Made by a program: the position numbers and the translations under genes. A stretch of 64,000 bases of DNA from Cyanophora paradoxa CCMP329 (lineage: Eukaryota > Plantae > Glaucophyta), in assembly GCA_004431415.1 (NCBI GenBank), contig QPMI01000023.1:1-64000 (forward strand), in the 5' to 3' direction. Positions within the stretch are counted from its first letter, which is position 1. Each line of letters begins with the position of its first letter. Of the stretch, positions 24,501-38,684 are shown in pieces. Under the pieces are notes generated by a model. The model had not been told where the DNA came from. It did no database searches and saw only the letters and a list, made by a program, of their open reading frames with translations.

Positions 24501-27500
24501 ATACCTTACGTGACTGGAGGCCTCGTTTCGGGCGTCCAGGTACGGACGCAGTGCTGGCCGTCTAGAGCGCTCGCCACGCGCTCGTATATATTAAAATGCA
24601 ATTTGCAAACAGATCAATATATTGAATGATGCGAGCCTGCGCCCGGTCTTCAGCTACATTTCCTCCGACTCTGCCGGGCTGACGAACACTCGCCGAGTGG
24701 CGCGCATTGCGTTAGCCCCGCCGACCTTCGCTGTGGGAGGTGCGTGCCGTCACACTCGCGCAACATATGCATGTGAAAGCGAATTAACCCATCGATTATT
24801 TCTCAGGGCGCTATTCGGTGCAAGCGTGCGTCTTGGATGAGCCCCAATCGAGCTGCTCGGCCCTCCCCACAGTCTCCAAAGCTTACTTCTCCGTCCGGAG
24901 CCGCAGCGGTGATTCCCTTTAATCTGATCCGCCCGTCCGCTGTCTGATCCGCGGCGCGATCAGGCGCGACGAGCGTCGAGCCGAAGGTCATTCCGTTCAG
25001 CATCACGTCCGAGGACGGGACGACCTTCGTCACGGGCAAGCTGCGTGCCGTCGTCGACAGCGTTCCGGTCGGGCAGCCGAAGCGCGGCTCGGTCGAGGTG
25101 CCGTTCCGTCGCGCCGCCGCCAGAAATTCGCTGACGCGCGCGCAGATGTTAGTCGCCACGGTCGACGCGTCCCGCATAGCCGCACCCTACGACGCGGTGC
25201 TCGAGGCTTCCATGACGTGGAACATCAAAGGAGCCACAAAGAATGAGAAATCTGTGGAAACGGTACCACTTCAAGGCTTGCACCTCGTCTTCGCTCGAGC
25301 GCCAACTTTGAACCGGTGGCTGCTCGCAAACGCAACCGTTAGGGACGCGTCTGGGGTGCACTCAGGCTCTATCTTTGCATTTGGCTGCGGACTCACGTGC
25401 ACGCCGCCCCACGCAGGAGGGCGTGTCGTGGCTGCCTTCATCCGCCCAAGTCTCCTCGTCTTCGTTTGTCGCATCGGCGAACGTCGGGGACGAGATCGCC
25501 TGCGGGCGCCTATGGGTGCCTCTCTCTTCTGGATCGCCCGCCCTCGACCGTGGATGGCTCGAGCTGCAGGACTTCCGCATGGCCGCCTTCTCCGACTCGG
25601 ACGGAAGCGCGCGCTCGTACGGCTGCGGCGCGTCGGAGACCTGCGAGCTGAAGGCTTCGGCAACCGACGGCACGCTCGCCGCGTCTTGCACCGCCGCAGA
25701 GCCGACGACGGTCGTGATCAGAGCGGACCTCGGGACCGCCAGCATCGCGACCATCCTCGAGCAGGCCTCCAAAGCGGCCGGGGCTCCGGTCACCGTCGTG
25801 CAATCGACCTCCAGGCGGCGAATCCATCAGACCGCGTCCGGCGGCGACACGCTGACGCTTTCTACTGGGTCCGGACCGACAGGCGGAGCCGTGCGTGTTG
25901 CATTGAACGACGCGCTTGCGCTTTCTGACGGCCGCCGTGCAGGCCGCCATCCAGCTTGTGAATGCGGTGAACAGCGGCTCATCGACCGTCTCGTCGCTTC
26001 AGGGCATCTCCGTTGCTGGCAGCGAAGAGATCTCCAATCCCGCCGTGCCTGCAAGTCCGTACTTACTACAGTGTCTATCTCCTTACATTCGAAGGGCCTG
26101 ATCTCCGCGTGCAGCCGGTTTGTGGTCGGCAGTAACGACGACTCCCTCGCAGTTCGACCACGCCTGCGTCTTCGGCACTGCGATTTTCTTCGTAAGGGCC
26201 GACGCGGCGGCTTCTGAGCTCTCGGTCACAAGCTTCGACCCCACTACGGGGACTTGGACCTCTGGTGCAAAGCTCAGCATCCCTGGCGGGGCGGCATCTG
26301 GCGCCTTCGCCTGCTCGGATTCAGCGATTTACGGCACGCTTCCAGTCCGCATCATTGTGAATTGATGCTAACGTTAACCTCTCGCAGCGTTCGGCGGGCT
26401 TTCCGCCGGTGCGCCGACGTCGGCTCTGAGGGCGTACATATTCGCGGATGGCACTTGGGAGACGATCGCGCCTCCCTCGGGCGTCGCTCCACCAGCCCGC
26501 AGCTCTGCAACATTCGTCTCGCTGTCGGACACATCCCTGCTTCTCACGTCCGCAAAATCTTCCGATGCTGTAATTGTTCGCGTCTGATTGCGCAACCGCT
26601 CGCAGCGCTGGCTTGGGCAGCGCGTCAGCGCCCCTAACGGACGTCTGGCTCTTCGATGTCGTCGCGTCGGAGTGGGCGCAGCTGCAGACGCCGTCGTCGT
26701 CTGCCAGCTTCATTCGCTACGGCTCTTCAGCCGCCGCGCTGGACGGCGTCGTCTATATATTCGGAGGGGCGAGTCAGCCGGGCTCTGGCGCGACGTTCTA
26801 CAACGCGCTGTACTCGTGCGTCTGATTTGGGCTTTGCGCCTTGCTAGCACTGATTTGAGCTTTGCGCCTGCAGCTTCGCCGTGGCCCCGTCGTCTACAAG
26901 TCTTCCTTCACCCACGCTCGTCTCCGATGGGCTGTCCCAGCTGGCGCCGTCACCGCGTGTCTACGCTTTGATGCAACTTCAAAATATGGGGTCGACATCG
27001 CGGGTGAGGCTCTTAGTGCATTCTGGAGATTTAGAATCAGCAATGAGCCCTTCACCAGATATTCGTCACCGGTGGGTACGAATCCGGCGGTCAAGCAGCG
27101 AGCCTGGCGGATCTGTACATCTTCGACATCGGCGCGAGAGTGTGGGCGAAAGTGTCGCCCATCGGAACGGGCCCTCCGGACATCTCCGGCGCGGCAGCCT
27201 CCTACGGCAACGCGCTCTACATGCATTCTCCGACAGCGGGCGGACTCTTTGCGTGGAGCCCCGCCGGTGTGACGACATTCGCATCCGGTGCGCTGCTTTT
27301 GTTTGTCGGAAAGCGATCACTATAGCTAATAAGTGGTTTCGCGCGCGAAGCCTCCAAGATGATGGGAGGCACCTCGGTGCTGGCAACTCCGCAGGTCACC
27401 TATCCCGTGTCATCAACCGTCATTCTCCTGGGCGGAACGGTCTCAGCCTCCTGGGTCTCGGCGACCACCAAGTACGACTCGGCGACAGTCACGCTCTTCC

Positions 27501-30500
27501 CGGTCGACAGAAGCCGCGTCTTCGTGCGCGGATCTCGTCTTGTTTTCGGTGCACCCTCAGGATTGACGCGAGCGCAGCCCGTCTTCACTGGCGCCAACAC
27601 CGGAGCGTGCCGCCTGTCGATCCCCTCCACCGTCAGCAAAGGCTCGTACCGGGTACGTACAGAATCTCGCTCAGCCGAGAGTCCCTGGGACCGATCGCGA
27701 GTCCGCACAGATTCAGGTGGTCCTCACGGGACCGACCGTGCCCGTTCCTCTGTCGATCACGAGCAATGCCTTCTCAGTCATACAACGTGCGCGTGAGCGA
27801 TCGCCGCGCCTAGTCGCCTCTCACATGAGCGCAGCGGAGAGCGCGCTCGAAGCGGTGGCGGAAGAAGTCTTCATCCTCACCCCAGCGACGTCCGTGGACG
27901 TCCTGCTAGGCGACGAACTGAACCTCGCCTGGACGACGCGGGGCCTTCCATCCCAGCAGAACGTCAACCTCTCTCTCGTGGCCACGACGACGACTGCGGC
28001 CGTCGAGTTCTCGGTTCGCGCTCCGCGTTCAATGAGGTCTCTGATGCTAACAACTGCTAGATCGGGAGCTTTTCTACATCGTCTTCGCAAGGCCAGCGCA
28101 CTTGGCGGGTCGATAGAGTGCCGCCAGGGCTCTATTTGCTTCGAGTTTCCGTCTCTGTCCCAGACAGGTCGAAGACGTTTACCGCCTCCAGCGCGAGCAT
28201 CGCCATCAGACGTGTGCCGCTCGCCGTCTCGCCCTTCCGCGCTTATTCAAGAGTCGTAACACCTAGGCCTTGCGTGCAGCGTACACTGTGTCTGTGCTGG
28301 GTCCGACGGCAAGTGAGAGCTGGCTTCCAGGACAGCTGCGTGCTGTCACTGTCGAGACAACCAGCTCCGCCTCGTCTTTTGCCACAGTCAATCTGCTCAG
28401 CTATCCGGACATGACTCTACTGAGGGTGATCGGCGCCATTCGCGTCATTTCACGAAGCGATGCTAAGCGCGCCCGCAGACGATCGCACAGGCCGTTCAGA
28501 TGAGCGGGCCGCCTCTCGGGCGGCGCCTTTCCGCCGCCGCCTCCACGGGCCAATTTGTCTGGAACGTCAGTTCTGTCGAAGTGGGCACGTATATCCTGCA
28601 GGTCCGCTTAAGTAATTCTGTGGTCCTGGGGGACGGGGGTTGATGGCCGCGGGCGACAGGCCGAGGTGCCGGCCGACACCGCCAGCGGCCTCTCCACGCC
28701 ATTCTGTATCGGCGGCACCTGCGAACGTACGATTTGGTTTCATTAGGGATTTTCGATGTGAATTTAAAATTTCTCATCGCTTTTCATGCAGCGGGTTTTG
28801 CGTTTATAACTCCTACTGTCGAGGTCCGTGAACATAAAGCGGTATCAATCAGGATTAATTGACGCCCTTTTTGCGCACAGACTGTGGCGAGCCTGGCCGT
28901 CGGGCTGCCGTTCGCTCTTCGGTGGTCGAGCACGGGCATTGAATCCACTTCGATGGTGCAAATCTCACTAACAAATGTCGCCACGGCGACGCGCGTGCCG
29001 GTGAGCAAGAGTCCTCCTCTAATTGAGTCCTCTGAGTCTGATTTGCAATCGCCCCGCAAGATTGCCGTGCGGAGGAACTCTGGTTCTTTCGCCTTTGTCC
29101 CATCTGCAGCCATGGGAACCGGACTCTTCTTCTTTGAGCTGAGCACGAGCCTCCGAGGTCGGACCATCAGCGCCTCCAGCTCCAACTTCATCCTCGAAGT
29201 GCCGCCCGGTGAGTGCAGCTGAAAATGCGCAAGTCTCGCTATCTCATGAGTTTCCAGCCTTCATTCTACTCCGGCTTCCCGATGGGCGGACGCCCTTCGC
29301 AACCGGGCAGACGGTGCCCATTCGCTGGGACTCGGGCAACCTCGACTCTCGTTCCGTCGCGCTGCGCCTCGTTGGGAGCGACGACACGATCATTGTAAGC
29401 TTTGCAGCAAATTTTCAAGGGTGGCTCCGTTGACGATCGGTTCGCAGGAAATTGCGGACAGTGTCGCCAACACCGGTATCTACACCTACATTATCAGCAC
29501 CGAAGTCAAGTCCGGCCAGTACTCCGTGGAGGTAGGCGGATGCCCCTCAATGATTCGTCGTGCTACTAGTACTTGCCGATCACTGGACGTTCGACGCAGG
29601 TCGGTGTGGGAGACTGGAAGCTGAGCAGTCGAGGGAAGCCCTTTACGATTAACGCGGAAATGCCCTCTATTAGCATCTCGCCGATCCCTTCGCTGCTTCC
29701 CGGACAGTTCTATACGTGCGCCGTCTCTCGACGCTCGAGTGCGGCTTTGACGCAGTTGCGCGCAGCATTAAGTGGACCACTACCTCGCTGCCACTGGACG
29801 CGGTGGTCAAGATCAACATCGTCTCCGTCGAGTCGACGAACGAGGCCGCCGTTCAAACGCTGGCTCCGGAAATTGGAGCGCAGGTCCAGGACTGGATAGT
29901 AGATCAAAGAGTAGGTACGCAAACTTTCGCATTCAACGGATTCGCCGATCTTCCCTTAATTGTTAACGTCGTCGCGCAGCTCCAGGCAAGTACCGCATCG
30001 ATGTAGCCGTGAAGGGCGTTCTGGGGTCGAGCGCCGTGTTCTCCGTCCTTTCACGTGCGTGCATATGTACGAGACTTTGCCGCAATGCAAAAATCTCACA
30101 TCCCCGCAGCGCCTCCGACGCGCGATCCGTGTCTTGGCAAGCCGCCGACGTCGCGAGGCTTTGTCATCGGCGCGAACGAGTTGGACGGAGAGGCGACGGT
30201 CCTCGAGATTGGCCGCTCTGATCTCAAGCTCAGCGCGGAAGGAAGCGTCGCGTGCGACGGCACCCCCGCGGCGTCTGTCGCCTGGCTTGAAGTCGGCTCT
30301 CCTGACCCGAAGCGACGAGCCCACATCGCTGCCCCAAGCGCGCTCACGACAGCAGTCACGAAGCTCCGTGTCGGGATGACCACGTGCGCGACCGCCAAAA
30401 TCACTGCCCTGCCGCAGAACCGCGCGCGAAGTCGTTGCAGGTTTGAGCTCGTCGTTCGAGACCGCCTGAACCAGGAATCGCGAAGCACCGTCGTCGTCAA

Positions 30501-33500
30501 GGTCATTAACCGGAAGAGTGCGCGCGATCGCGATCGCGATCGCTTCTCGCAGTTGTCGATTCGACGTTGAAGTGCTGCGTCCGCGGCTTGCCCTCGCAGT
30601 TGTCTCCATGGTCGTTTGCCTGGACGACGGCTTCTCCAGCCTGGAGAAACGGCTCAACAACTCCGCTATCCGCCAACCGCTGGCGACCTCCCTCGGCGGC
30701 TTCCTCAAGCAGACGCTGAACCCCAATTCCTTCGCCCAACTTCAGATCTCGCTTTGCCCCGAGGGAGGCGGTGCGGCATTGTCTTTCCAAGTACCCGCGG
30801 TTGTCGGCCGCACGGGGACGGAGATCGCGGAGGAGCTGTCAAGGATGATCCCCTCCGACTTTCCCAATGGAGCTCTGTCTTTCCCCGTCGCCGGCGCGAG
30901 GCGAAGCCTTTTCGGGGCCGCGTCAACGTCGACCGTCCCCATTGCTGTCACGAGGCTCTTCGTCAAGGCTACGCCCTCTCAACGTGAGTCCATGCTAGGC
31001 TCTTCTGCAAAGCGACTGCGAATCGCAACTGACGCATCACGAACAACAGTGAACGCCGCGCCGTCCACCCCTGCGCTCGCCCTCTTCCCAGCATCACGCT
31101 ACTCGTACGTTGTTGTGGACACGAAGACAAAGGTCCGCGCTCTAGATCTCGGTTGAACTTCCGAACTCTCCAACAATTGCTGAAGTGTTTGATCTGCGTG
31201 CAGCTCGGCGCCGTGGAGGTCGTCGCTGCGGCCGAAGACGTCGCTCCGGGAGTCGTCGCCGCATGGGAGTGGTGCGGCTTCTCCCGGGACAGATTGCTTA
31301 GGTTGGCCTACAACCGCCGAGCAGGTATGTCAACGGGAAGCTCCAGGATTCGACGGAGGGGCGCATCAGCCTGAACCTCGCGGTCGGGGTGTACAGCGTC
31401 CAGGCCGTCGGTGCGCCTCCGTGCCGCGTTTTGACATGTGTCGCTCATTCTCGCTCCGTTCGCCGCGCGCAGTGTTCGACGACGAGAACCTCGACAGCGA
31501 GTCGGAGCTCCTTGTTCTGCACGTCGTCGACGAGTACAGCTGCAACGTCGGCAAGGCGAGGCCGAAATCGATGTTGAGCAACTGTTTGCCTTCAGCTTAA
31601 GGCTTTGCGCAGGACCTGGTGCTCGTGTTGGACGCCGCCTCGTCCGAGGCCTCGCAGGTGTACGTCCGAGACTTTGTCATGAAGCTTCTCCGGCCTTTCT
31701 GGATCCAGGGGCCGGACAGCTACGTGTCGATCGTTCGCTACAGTTTGCTGCCCGCCGGCAACGCGACCGTCGTTCTGCACAAAGCGGAGGTCAAAGCCGC
31801 CTACGAGGCGGTCGAGGCCAGAAGGCTGCCCAACAACGGAACGGACCCCACCGCGCCGAGACTTATGGCGCGCGGCATGGAAGCCGCGCAAGCGGCCGCG
31901 TTGTCGATTGCCCGCAGGGGCGTCGTTCGTAGTGTCGTTTTACTGGCGTTTGACCAGCCGCTGGACGACAAGGAGGCGCTCAACGCTTCCGCCCCCATTA
32001 AGCAGCGCAGCAATTTGTACGCCGTCCCGATGATTGCAGACACGTACGCCTTTGAGTCGGGGCTCGACCTCTTCCGCACCATCGTCACACAGGCAAGAGT
32101 GCACCGCCGCATTCATTGATAGAATCTCATGACGCTTGTTGCAACGTGCAGCCGAACACGACGAACGTGCAGCCAGTAACGATGGATCTTCCAGACGAGC
32201 TCCACAAAGCAGCGATCGAACTCGCCAAGACAATCTGCGAGGGTGCGTCTGAGTGATTTGCACTCGGGATTTGTTGTTCTAACATTTGGAGAACCCAGGC
32301 AAGGCGCCTCCGGGGGCCGACGAAGAAGAAGTGACCGGGAAGACCATCGGGCAGGCCATTACGGCCGCTGTAGCCGCCGCCGTTGGGGCGAGCGTGGCGG
32401 GCGCCATCGGCAGCTCTGTGGGCGCTTCGATGAGCGGAGGGGCGGGCATCTCATCCTCTGGCGGCGTCTCCATCATTTCGCAGGCCCAGGTACTGATTCG
32501 ACCAAAAGTGCGCCAGCTCTCTGGCAGCGCTAACGTGCCCGTGGCGCGGCAGTTCATCAGCGAGACGAGCTTCCTGAACGCAAACATCGGCGGCGCCTAC
32601 AATGCCACGGCGTCCTCGACTCAGTGGACCATGCTATTTCTGGGAGCCCCGTGGCGTAGCGGCAGCGACAACTCCAGCTCGGTCGCCCCTCGCGTCGGCC
32701 GCCGGCTGCTGGGGGCGAACGCCTTCACGCGGCAAGTGGGCAGCGAGGTCGCGAGTCCCCTCCTGCAGGAGAGCATCTTCTGGTCGGCCCTCGGCCTCGG
32801 CGCGGTCACGATCGTCCAGATCATCGCCGCGCTGGTCTTCAAACACGTCTTCCGTTTCAAGGAGACGCCCAAGATCTTCTGGTTCCCCAAGCCCCAGGTG
32901 CCGAGCCGCAAACAGACGCCTGCCACGCGGCGTCTCACCCGCCACGCACCCGCAGGTTGCGGTAGTCTTCGTACGCGGCGGCGGTCGTCGATGCTCGCCG
33001 CGGCGCTCTGTGACGGGCCGCGCGCAGATTGCGTACGAGGGCTTCGTGCTGGCGGCCGCCGCGACCTCGAGGCTGACCGACACGTTCTGGCGCACCGTCG
33101 GGGCGCTGCTCCTGGTTCGGAGCCCCTGAGCCCTTGAAATGTCTGGAATTGAAATGTCGCAGGCTGGCATCGCTGGCGTCTTCTTCATCTTTGCCGCCCT
33201 GATGGTTATCTACCGCGTCCGGCGGAAGCACATCACATGGTGCTCGCCTCACAGCTGCAGTCGAGCGCGAGCGCAGTCGCCTCACACAGGACGCAGGGTC
33301 CCTCTGCCGAAGCCGGACTGGCGGCATCTGTGGGTGATGACCGGCGACAGTGACCTAAACGTCGAAGAGGAGTTCGACAACGAGCTGGGCTACATGAAGC
33401 ATCAGTGACTCCCGGTGCCTCGCGAGCCTTCGGGCACTAGCGCTGACTTTGACGTAGGCAAGACGAGCTGCACCAAATACAGCACATGGCGCAATACGCC

Positions 33501-35528
33501 GCGGATCACAATGGCCAAGCGAAGAACCCGGGCGGCCCGTCGATCGCGCAGATGCTCCTGGATGCGAAGCGCCGCGGCACCGCGCACCCCGCGTCGACGC
33601 CGCATGCAGCTGCAGCGCAGCAATCTTTCAAGCCACTCGCGATCGTACAGCAGCTGGACGTCTTCGAGACAAAGCCAATGGACGAGTTCAGCCAGATCAA
33701 GCGCTGGGCCGTGTCGCGCTGGGCGGCTTCAAAGGAGGGCTGCCGCAAGCTTAGGCACTCCTTCAGGCACTCGAAACTCCGCCGCCGTCTGGCGCTCGTC
33801 TGGAGCTGGTGCGCTCTTACGCGGGATATCGAATCCCTTCGGTTATTTACTTTTAATTTGGAAGGCTCAACCACGAGCATGGCGTCTGGATCGTGAATCC
33901 CAATCGTGTCGATGCTCGCGGAACTCTCTGGTCCTGTGCGTCGAATTTATAGCTTGCGAGAGGGCTCGAAGCTCGACAACTCTGACTCGAGATCCAATCC
34001 CTCCAGCGCGCAACTTCCGATGGACGTTTGACGCCTTCTTCGAACCTTTCCGCGGAGAATCCTTCGGGCAGTGGTTCGGGGTGCGACGCCGTGCCGCGCG
34101 CTCCGCCTCTGCCTCGGTGTCTGACCCTGCCGCTCTCGTAACAGATCTGGGACATCTTCAGAAAGCTCAGCTGCGGCCTCATCGTTGGTGCGCACGCCGT
34201 GACGCGCAGCCGTCAGTCGGGCGTTCGGCCCGGTCCGATGCGCCGCGCAGGACTCGTCCGCGATCCGTCCGATAGCGTCAACCCGTCCGAGTTCCGCATC
34301 TCACTGCAGGTGGGCCGTCTCGAGGAGAGATTCGTACTCCCACGGTTCAGAACCGACTGCCTCGCTTCGAACTCGCAGATGGGCCTCCTCATTGGAGTCA
34401 TCGGCACCGACCTGCTGTACCTCCTGACCACGTGGCCTTTCCGGTGCGCGCCCGCGCTGCCGGCTCGCGCGCTTGCCACATCCAACACTCTCGCAGGGAG
34501 AACATCGAGAACTACGAGCGCGTCTTCACCGACTCAGTCCAGGTACCTTCGATTGCGAGATTCAAATCGGCCTGCGTAATAGCTTCGGGATCTCACCTTT
34601 GACCGTACAGATTACCGTTCTCTCCCTCCTGTGGGTGGTGCGTAGTCGCTGCAGCTGGACCCTGCGCAGACTCGTAGAAGCTCATCGGCGCCTTTTCCTT
34701 ACGCGCTGGGTGCACGCAGATCGGGCTCAACCCGCAGGCTCCGAACGCCGAGGCGATGTCTCTAGCCGCATCCATACTTCAGGTGCGCATGCTGATGAAT
34801 TTAATGATCCGCCGTTCGGTGGAGCTCCAGAGCGCCTCCCCTGACGCCGCGGTTCGAACTCAGATTGTCGCCATCGTCGTAATCGTGATCAATCAAATTC
34901 GCGCCGAGCGAAATATGTTCCGCGCGATCGGCAGGCGGGTGCGCTAGCTGACGCTCGATTGCCCGGCCCACGAAAGCCCGCGCTGAGCCTTAAGCAGACC
35001 AAGCTCTTCTGTCGCGCGGTCTACCGCCGCTCGGTCCTGTCCTCCCGCGGCCAGCTGGCGGCCCGGCCCACCCAGCGAGAGAGGCCCAACGCAGGCGCGG
35101 GACAGGTGCGGGGAGGCACCCGCATCGGCGCCGATCTGCTGGCGCAGCCGAAGCTCACCCACATTCTCTTCTCCCACGGGGTCCGGATCCGTCCTCCTAC
35201 TCGCAGAGCGTCCGCTCGTTTTAATAGAGAGCGTCCGCAGGAGGAGGAGGAGGAGCTGCATGCGGTTGCGGCGAAGCACCTCTCGCGGAAGCAGCCCGCG
35301 GCTGGTGGCGGCATCGTCAGCGAAGCCGCCGAGGCGTCATCCGCCGCGGCGGCGAGGCCGGCGGCTGCGGTCATGCCTGCAGTTGCAGAGCCGGCGTCAG
35401 CATCTCTGCTGCCGGCAAGGCCGGCGGCAGGCCCCAGCGCGCAGCAACCCCCGGCCCGCCGCCTCATGGGCGCCTCCATGGCCAGAGGCTCCAAAAAAGA
35501 ACCGGAAGCAATGACCATTATGCTGTAA
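12539..35528 (+). CDS. Giant multi-exon cell-surface membrane protein: signal peptide, Kelch repeats, 6 LamG/ConA-like domains with (SP)n linkers, Ser/Thr-rich Ig-like repeats, vWA domain, multi-pass TM C-terminus
   Basis: Hydrophobic leader [19 protein letters not shown]; Kelch-type YLFVSGG...DDVW and VYIFGG; YDASSW...[11 protein letters not shown] x6; v[13 protein letters not shown]...VSIVRYS...SVVLLAFD (~31612-32091); TM region [19 protein letters not shown]...IISQAQF and further hydrophobic exons to ~34900. Dozens of short introns, all on the + strand. Could be more than one gene. Confidence 0.7.
14070..21370 (+). repeat. Intragenic tandem repeat, 3 units of ~2.43-2.51 kb including introns
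   Basis: Anchor GACTGGCAGTGCTCG at 14826/17252/19766 (domain A) and 15972/18399/20914 (domain B); exons and introns nearly identical between units. Confidence 0.95.
21369..21869 (+). repeat. Coding (Ser-Pro)n microsatellite, extensin/HRGP-like rod
   Basis: ~500 nt of AGCCCG/TCGCCC hexamers encoding about 80 SP dipeptides. Confidence 0.95.
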
Positions 35529-37572
35529 CACTGCTAATTATATAAGTTATATTTACCGTGGATAGATGCACAATAACTAAGCGATGCAACTTTTTCCCTA
35601 GCCTAATAGGTTTTCCTAGAATGTAGACTTGATTTTGACCTGCGCAGCGCTAGCTGCAGCGCACCAGGATCTTCCGTACATTCAGATTTTCTGCCGTAGC
35701 TGCAGAGTACATGTGCAGCAGACTTAGCATGCGATTATGATCGCGCTCATCTGAGATGAGCGCGAGCATGCAGTTCAGACGACATCCGAGATGTTATGCT
35801 CTGGTTTATGTGCCACGGTGGTTGGCGCTTTCATTTAATAACTGTGCGTTAACTCGTTCTCCTTATTTGTTGCGCCCCCGTGCTCCTCATCGTTCTAGTG
35901 TGACTAGTACTTCTGCGTCGACGTCCTTGAGCTCTTCTACTCCTTCTCCTCGTGCTCGTTCTCCTTATCTTTTGCGTTCTTCAGATCGTGTCCCTTCTCG
36001 TGATCCTTCTTGATTCTGTATTTGGTGCTAGTTTACTGTATCTTTGATTTGTGATTGCTTTGTTGTCCTTAATATCACTACCTACGGGGGGTTTGCCCCA
36101 CCGTAGTCTCTCAAAAGAAATACTAAGTTATAACTTATTACTTATGACACAAGCGGACACTTCGAAAAAAAACATGGTTAACACGGCCGGCTGAGCTTGC
36201 AGTTCTGATTCATGTTCAGTTCCCCGATCTGTCTCAACGCATATGAGAACACAAGGTGGAGAGCATACCATAGTAGCGCGCGCTAGCGCCACTGCCAGCA
36301 CTGCCAGTGGGAGGCGCGCGCCGGCGAGGGCATCCGCGACCTCGTCCTCGTCGGCCGGCCCCTCGAGTGGCTCCTGGGCAGTCGCGATCGAGTGCTTCGA
36401 CTACGTGGACGAGACAGTCAAGGCAAGAAGCTACGTGCCGCGGCCCATCGACACCCGCGAGATCCGCGGCCTCTCGCTGGTGCGTTGACCTGTCTTTATT
36501 TTCCGAAGTTCCGTCCGGCACTGCGGCAGCATTGCGGTCTTGCAATTGGCACTAGTACTGTAAGCAAATCGTTAAGCTTTACCGCGTGCACAGGACCCCG
36601 TTACCCGCTTTCCTGCTATCGTCGACTTCGTTGTAAAGCACTGGTGCTTCGTGGCTCGGATCCTTTAAAGATTAATTGTGTAAGACTGCGCGCATACATA
36701 TCGATCGCTATCGCAGGCTGGACGTGAGGCTCTGGCAGTGGCCTCTCCTGTTCTTGGACGGGGAGTACAGCCCGAGGAAGACCTCGTCGTTCCTGAGCCA
36801 GGTCGAGCTCTCCGCGCCGAGCATGGACCCCCAGCGCCGCGTGGTGTGGTGCGCGGGATCGCCACGTGACGTGCACGTGGGCGTCCAACTGGCTCGAGTG
36901 GAACACGGCGACCAGCTGGCCGCCCCAGTTCGGGCCGGTCAACCTCCCCGAAGAGGTCAAGAGAGAGTTGTGCGTACTTCAAAACCTGTCAAATTTAAGA
37001 AGATGAACACGCGCGATGTTTTTTTGATTCGATGCCGCTCTGCAGTGGCCAGTTCGGCGAGATTTCGGGCGCGGCGGATCCTGTCAAGGCGGGCGCCGGC
37101 GCCGGAGCCGCCCCCGCCGCGTCCAGGGCGGGGGCCATGGGGGGCTACCTGAAAGCGATGTGCTGGGACGACCCCGTCGAGTACCTCCGCAAGATCGCCG
37201 CCTGCGGGTGCTTATAATATATAATCGTTCTTGATACTCTCAATAGCAGGAGTGAGCTCTAATGGATATCGATAATTAATGACAGGTTCCATCTGGAGAG
37301 TATCGGTGCGAATTCTTCGAATGGCGAATCCGAAGATGCGAAGGATATCAGGCGCTTCGAAGAGCACAAGAGAGCGATCCTTTGCGAGTTGCCATGTGAG
37401 ATGTTTAATTTATACATAGCACATGTAATCCTCCTTCCAGTCTTCATCTCAACTGCCCTCTCCAGACCTGCTGGCGCAGTCGAAGCACGCGGAGTTCTGC
37501 CGCCGCCTCATCAACGCCGGCTGCCTCGCCCCCACGAAAGAGGAGCTGGACGCGCTGGAGGCGACGAGCCCG

Positions 37573-38190
37573 TGTCGCGGGCGCGAGTTCGCTGACGTCA
37601 CGGGCGCGAGTTCGCTGACGTCGCCGAAGTGTACCCGCCGCGGGCCTCGGGGGGGGGGGCGGCAGGTGGCCGGCCCGGCGTACCCGGCCCGGGAGAGGCC
37701 CCGGGCCCAGCCCTCAAGGGGCCGAGGCGGCGTGACGTTCGAGGGCCAAGGTGGCGGGGCACTCGAGGGGTGACGTGGCGCTCGGAGGCCACAGGGGGCG
37801 CGGCCTCAAGGGCTGAAGGGTTCGGCCTTCAAGGGCTGAAGGGTTTGGCGCTCTAAGGCATCGAGGTGGCAGGACGCTCAAGGGCTGAAGGGTTTTGCCT
37901 TGAAGGGATGACGTAGTCCAGTACGTGGATTATTAAATAGCCAGAGTTGGCAGACTTGATCAGATTTAGTCAGGCTCGAATTATATTCGAGTAGGGCTTG
38001 GTACAGCCTCGGCTTACGTAGCAGCTGTAATTAATACTAGCACTGCGGCTTGCAGTTACTGTGTCACACGACTACGGGCAGTCTGGGACTTGGGCTAGCC
38101 TACGGCCGAGTGCATCGCAGGTCCGTACACTACTGTATGGGACGTGTGGGTCTACGTCTCTCCCCTAGACGTGCGAGACGTAGCGGCACA
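37573..38190. mobile_element. Probable solo LTR (618 bp)
   Basis: Absent from the paralogous exon (~61710); TG...CA termini (TGTCGCG...GGCACA); flanked by direct repeat CCCG (37569-37572 and 38191-38194); TATA-like TATTAAATAG near 37931. Confidence 0.75.
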
Positions 38191-38315
38191 CCCGTCGCCC
38201 CTGGACGCCGACCCGCCCGTCCTGCCCGCGCTCTACGTCAAGCCCTTCTGCCTGCTCTCCCGCGCCACAAAGGACCTCTACATCGCGCTGGTATTAATAT
38301 TTGCTTATCTGTCTT

Positions 38316-38672
38316 TGTCGCGTGCGGGATTAGTAGTAAGGCACGCGGGGAGGTTCCCGGTCGAGCGTGGCTCGACGGGGCTCAGTGGATCACGAGAAAC
38401 CACAGTGCAAGCCAGTAGTGTTGGTAGAACTGTGTACCCGGACAGACCCGGTACACGTACCCCTAGCTCGGAGTACTTCGGTCACTGACTCAGGGGAATA
38501 GCTGTACCCCGGCAAATACACGTGTTCGGCCGTGGCGTACTAACGCCGACATCGGCCCTAGCGGCCCATAGGCAGCTCTGCAACTAGCAGCACGAAGGCT
38601 GCACCTAGCTACTAGTAAGTAGCTGTACAAGCTCATAGAAGCGCTAGGACAGCGCTAATCCTGAATGCGACA
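38316..38672 (-). repeat. 3' LTR
   Basis: TGTCGC...GCGACA inverted termini; no difference seen by eye from 50128-50484. Confidence 0.97.
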
Positions 38673-38684
38673 ACTCCCCCTCTT
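38673..38684 (-). promoter_or_regulatory. Polypurine tract (PPT)
   Basis: Minus strand AAGAGGGGGAGT immediately upstream of the 3' LTR. Confidence 0.9.

Noticed and set aside
36081-36106. Hairpin CTACGG...CCGTAG as a Helitron 3' end
   Set aside because: No properly spaced CTRR terminus, 5' TC end or Rep/helicase evidence.
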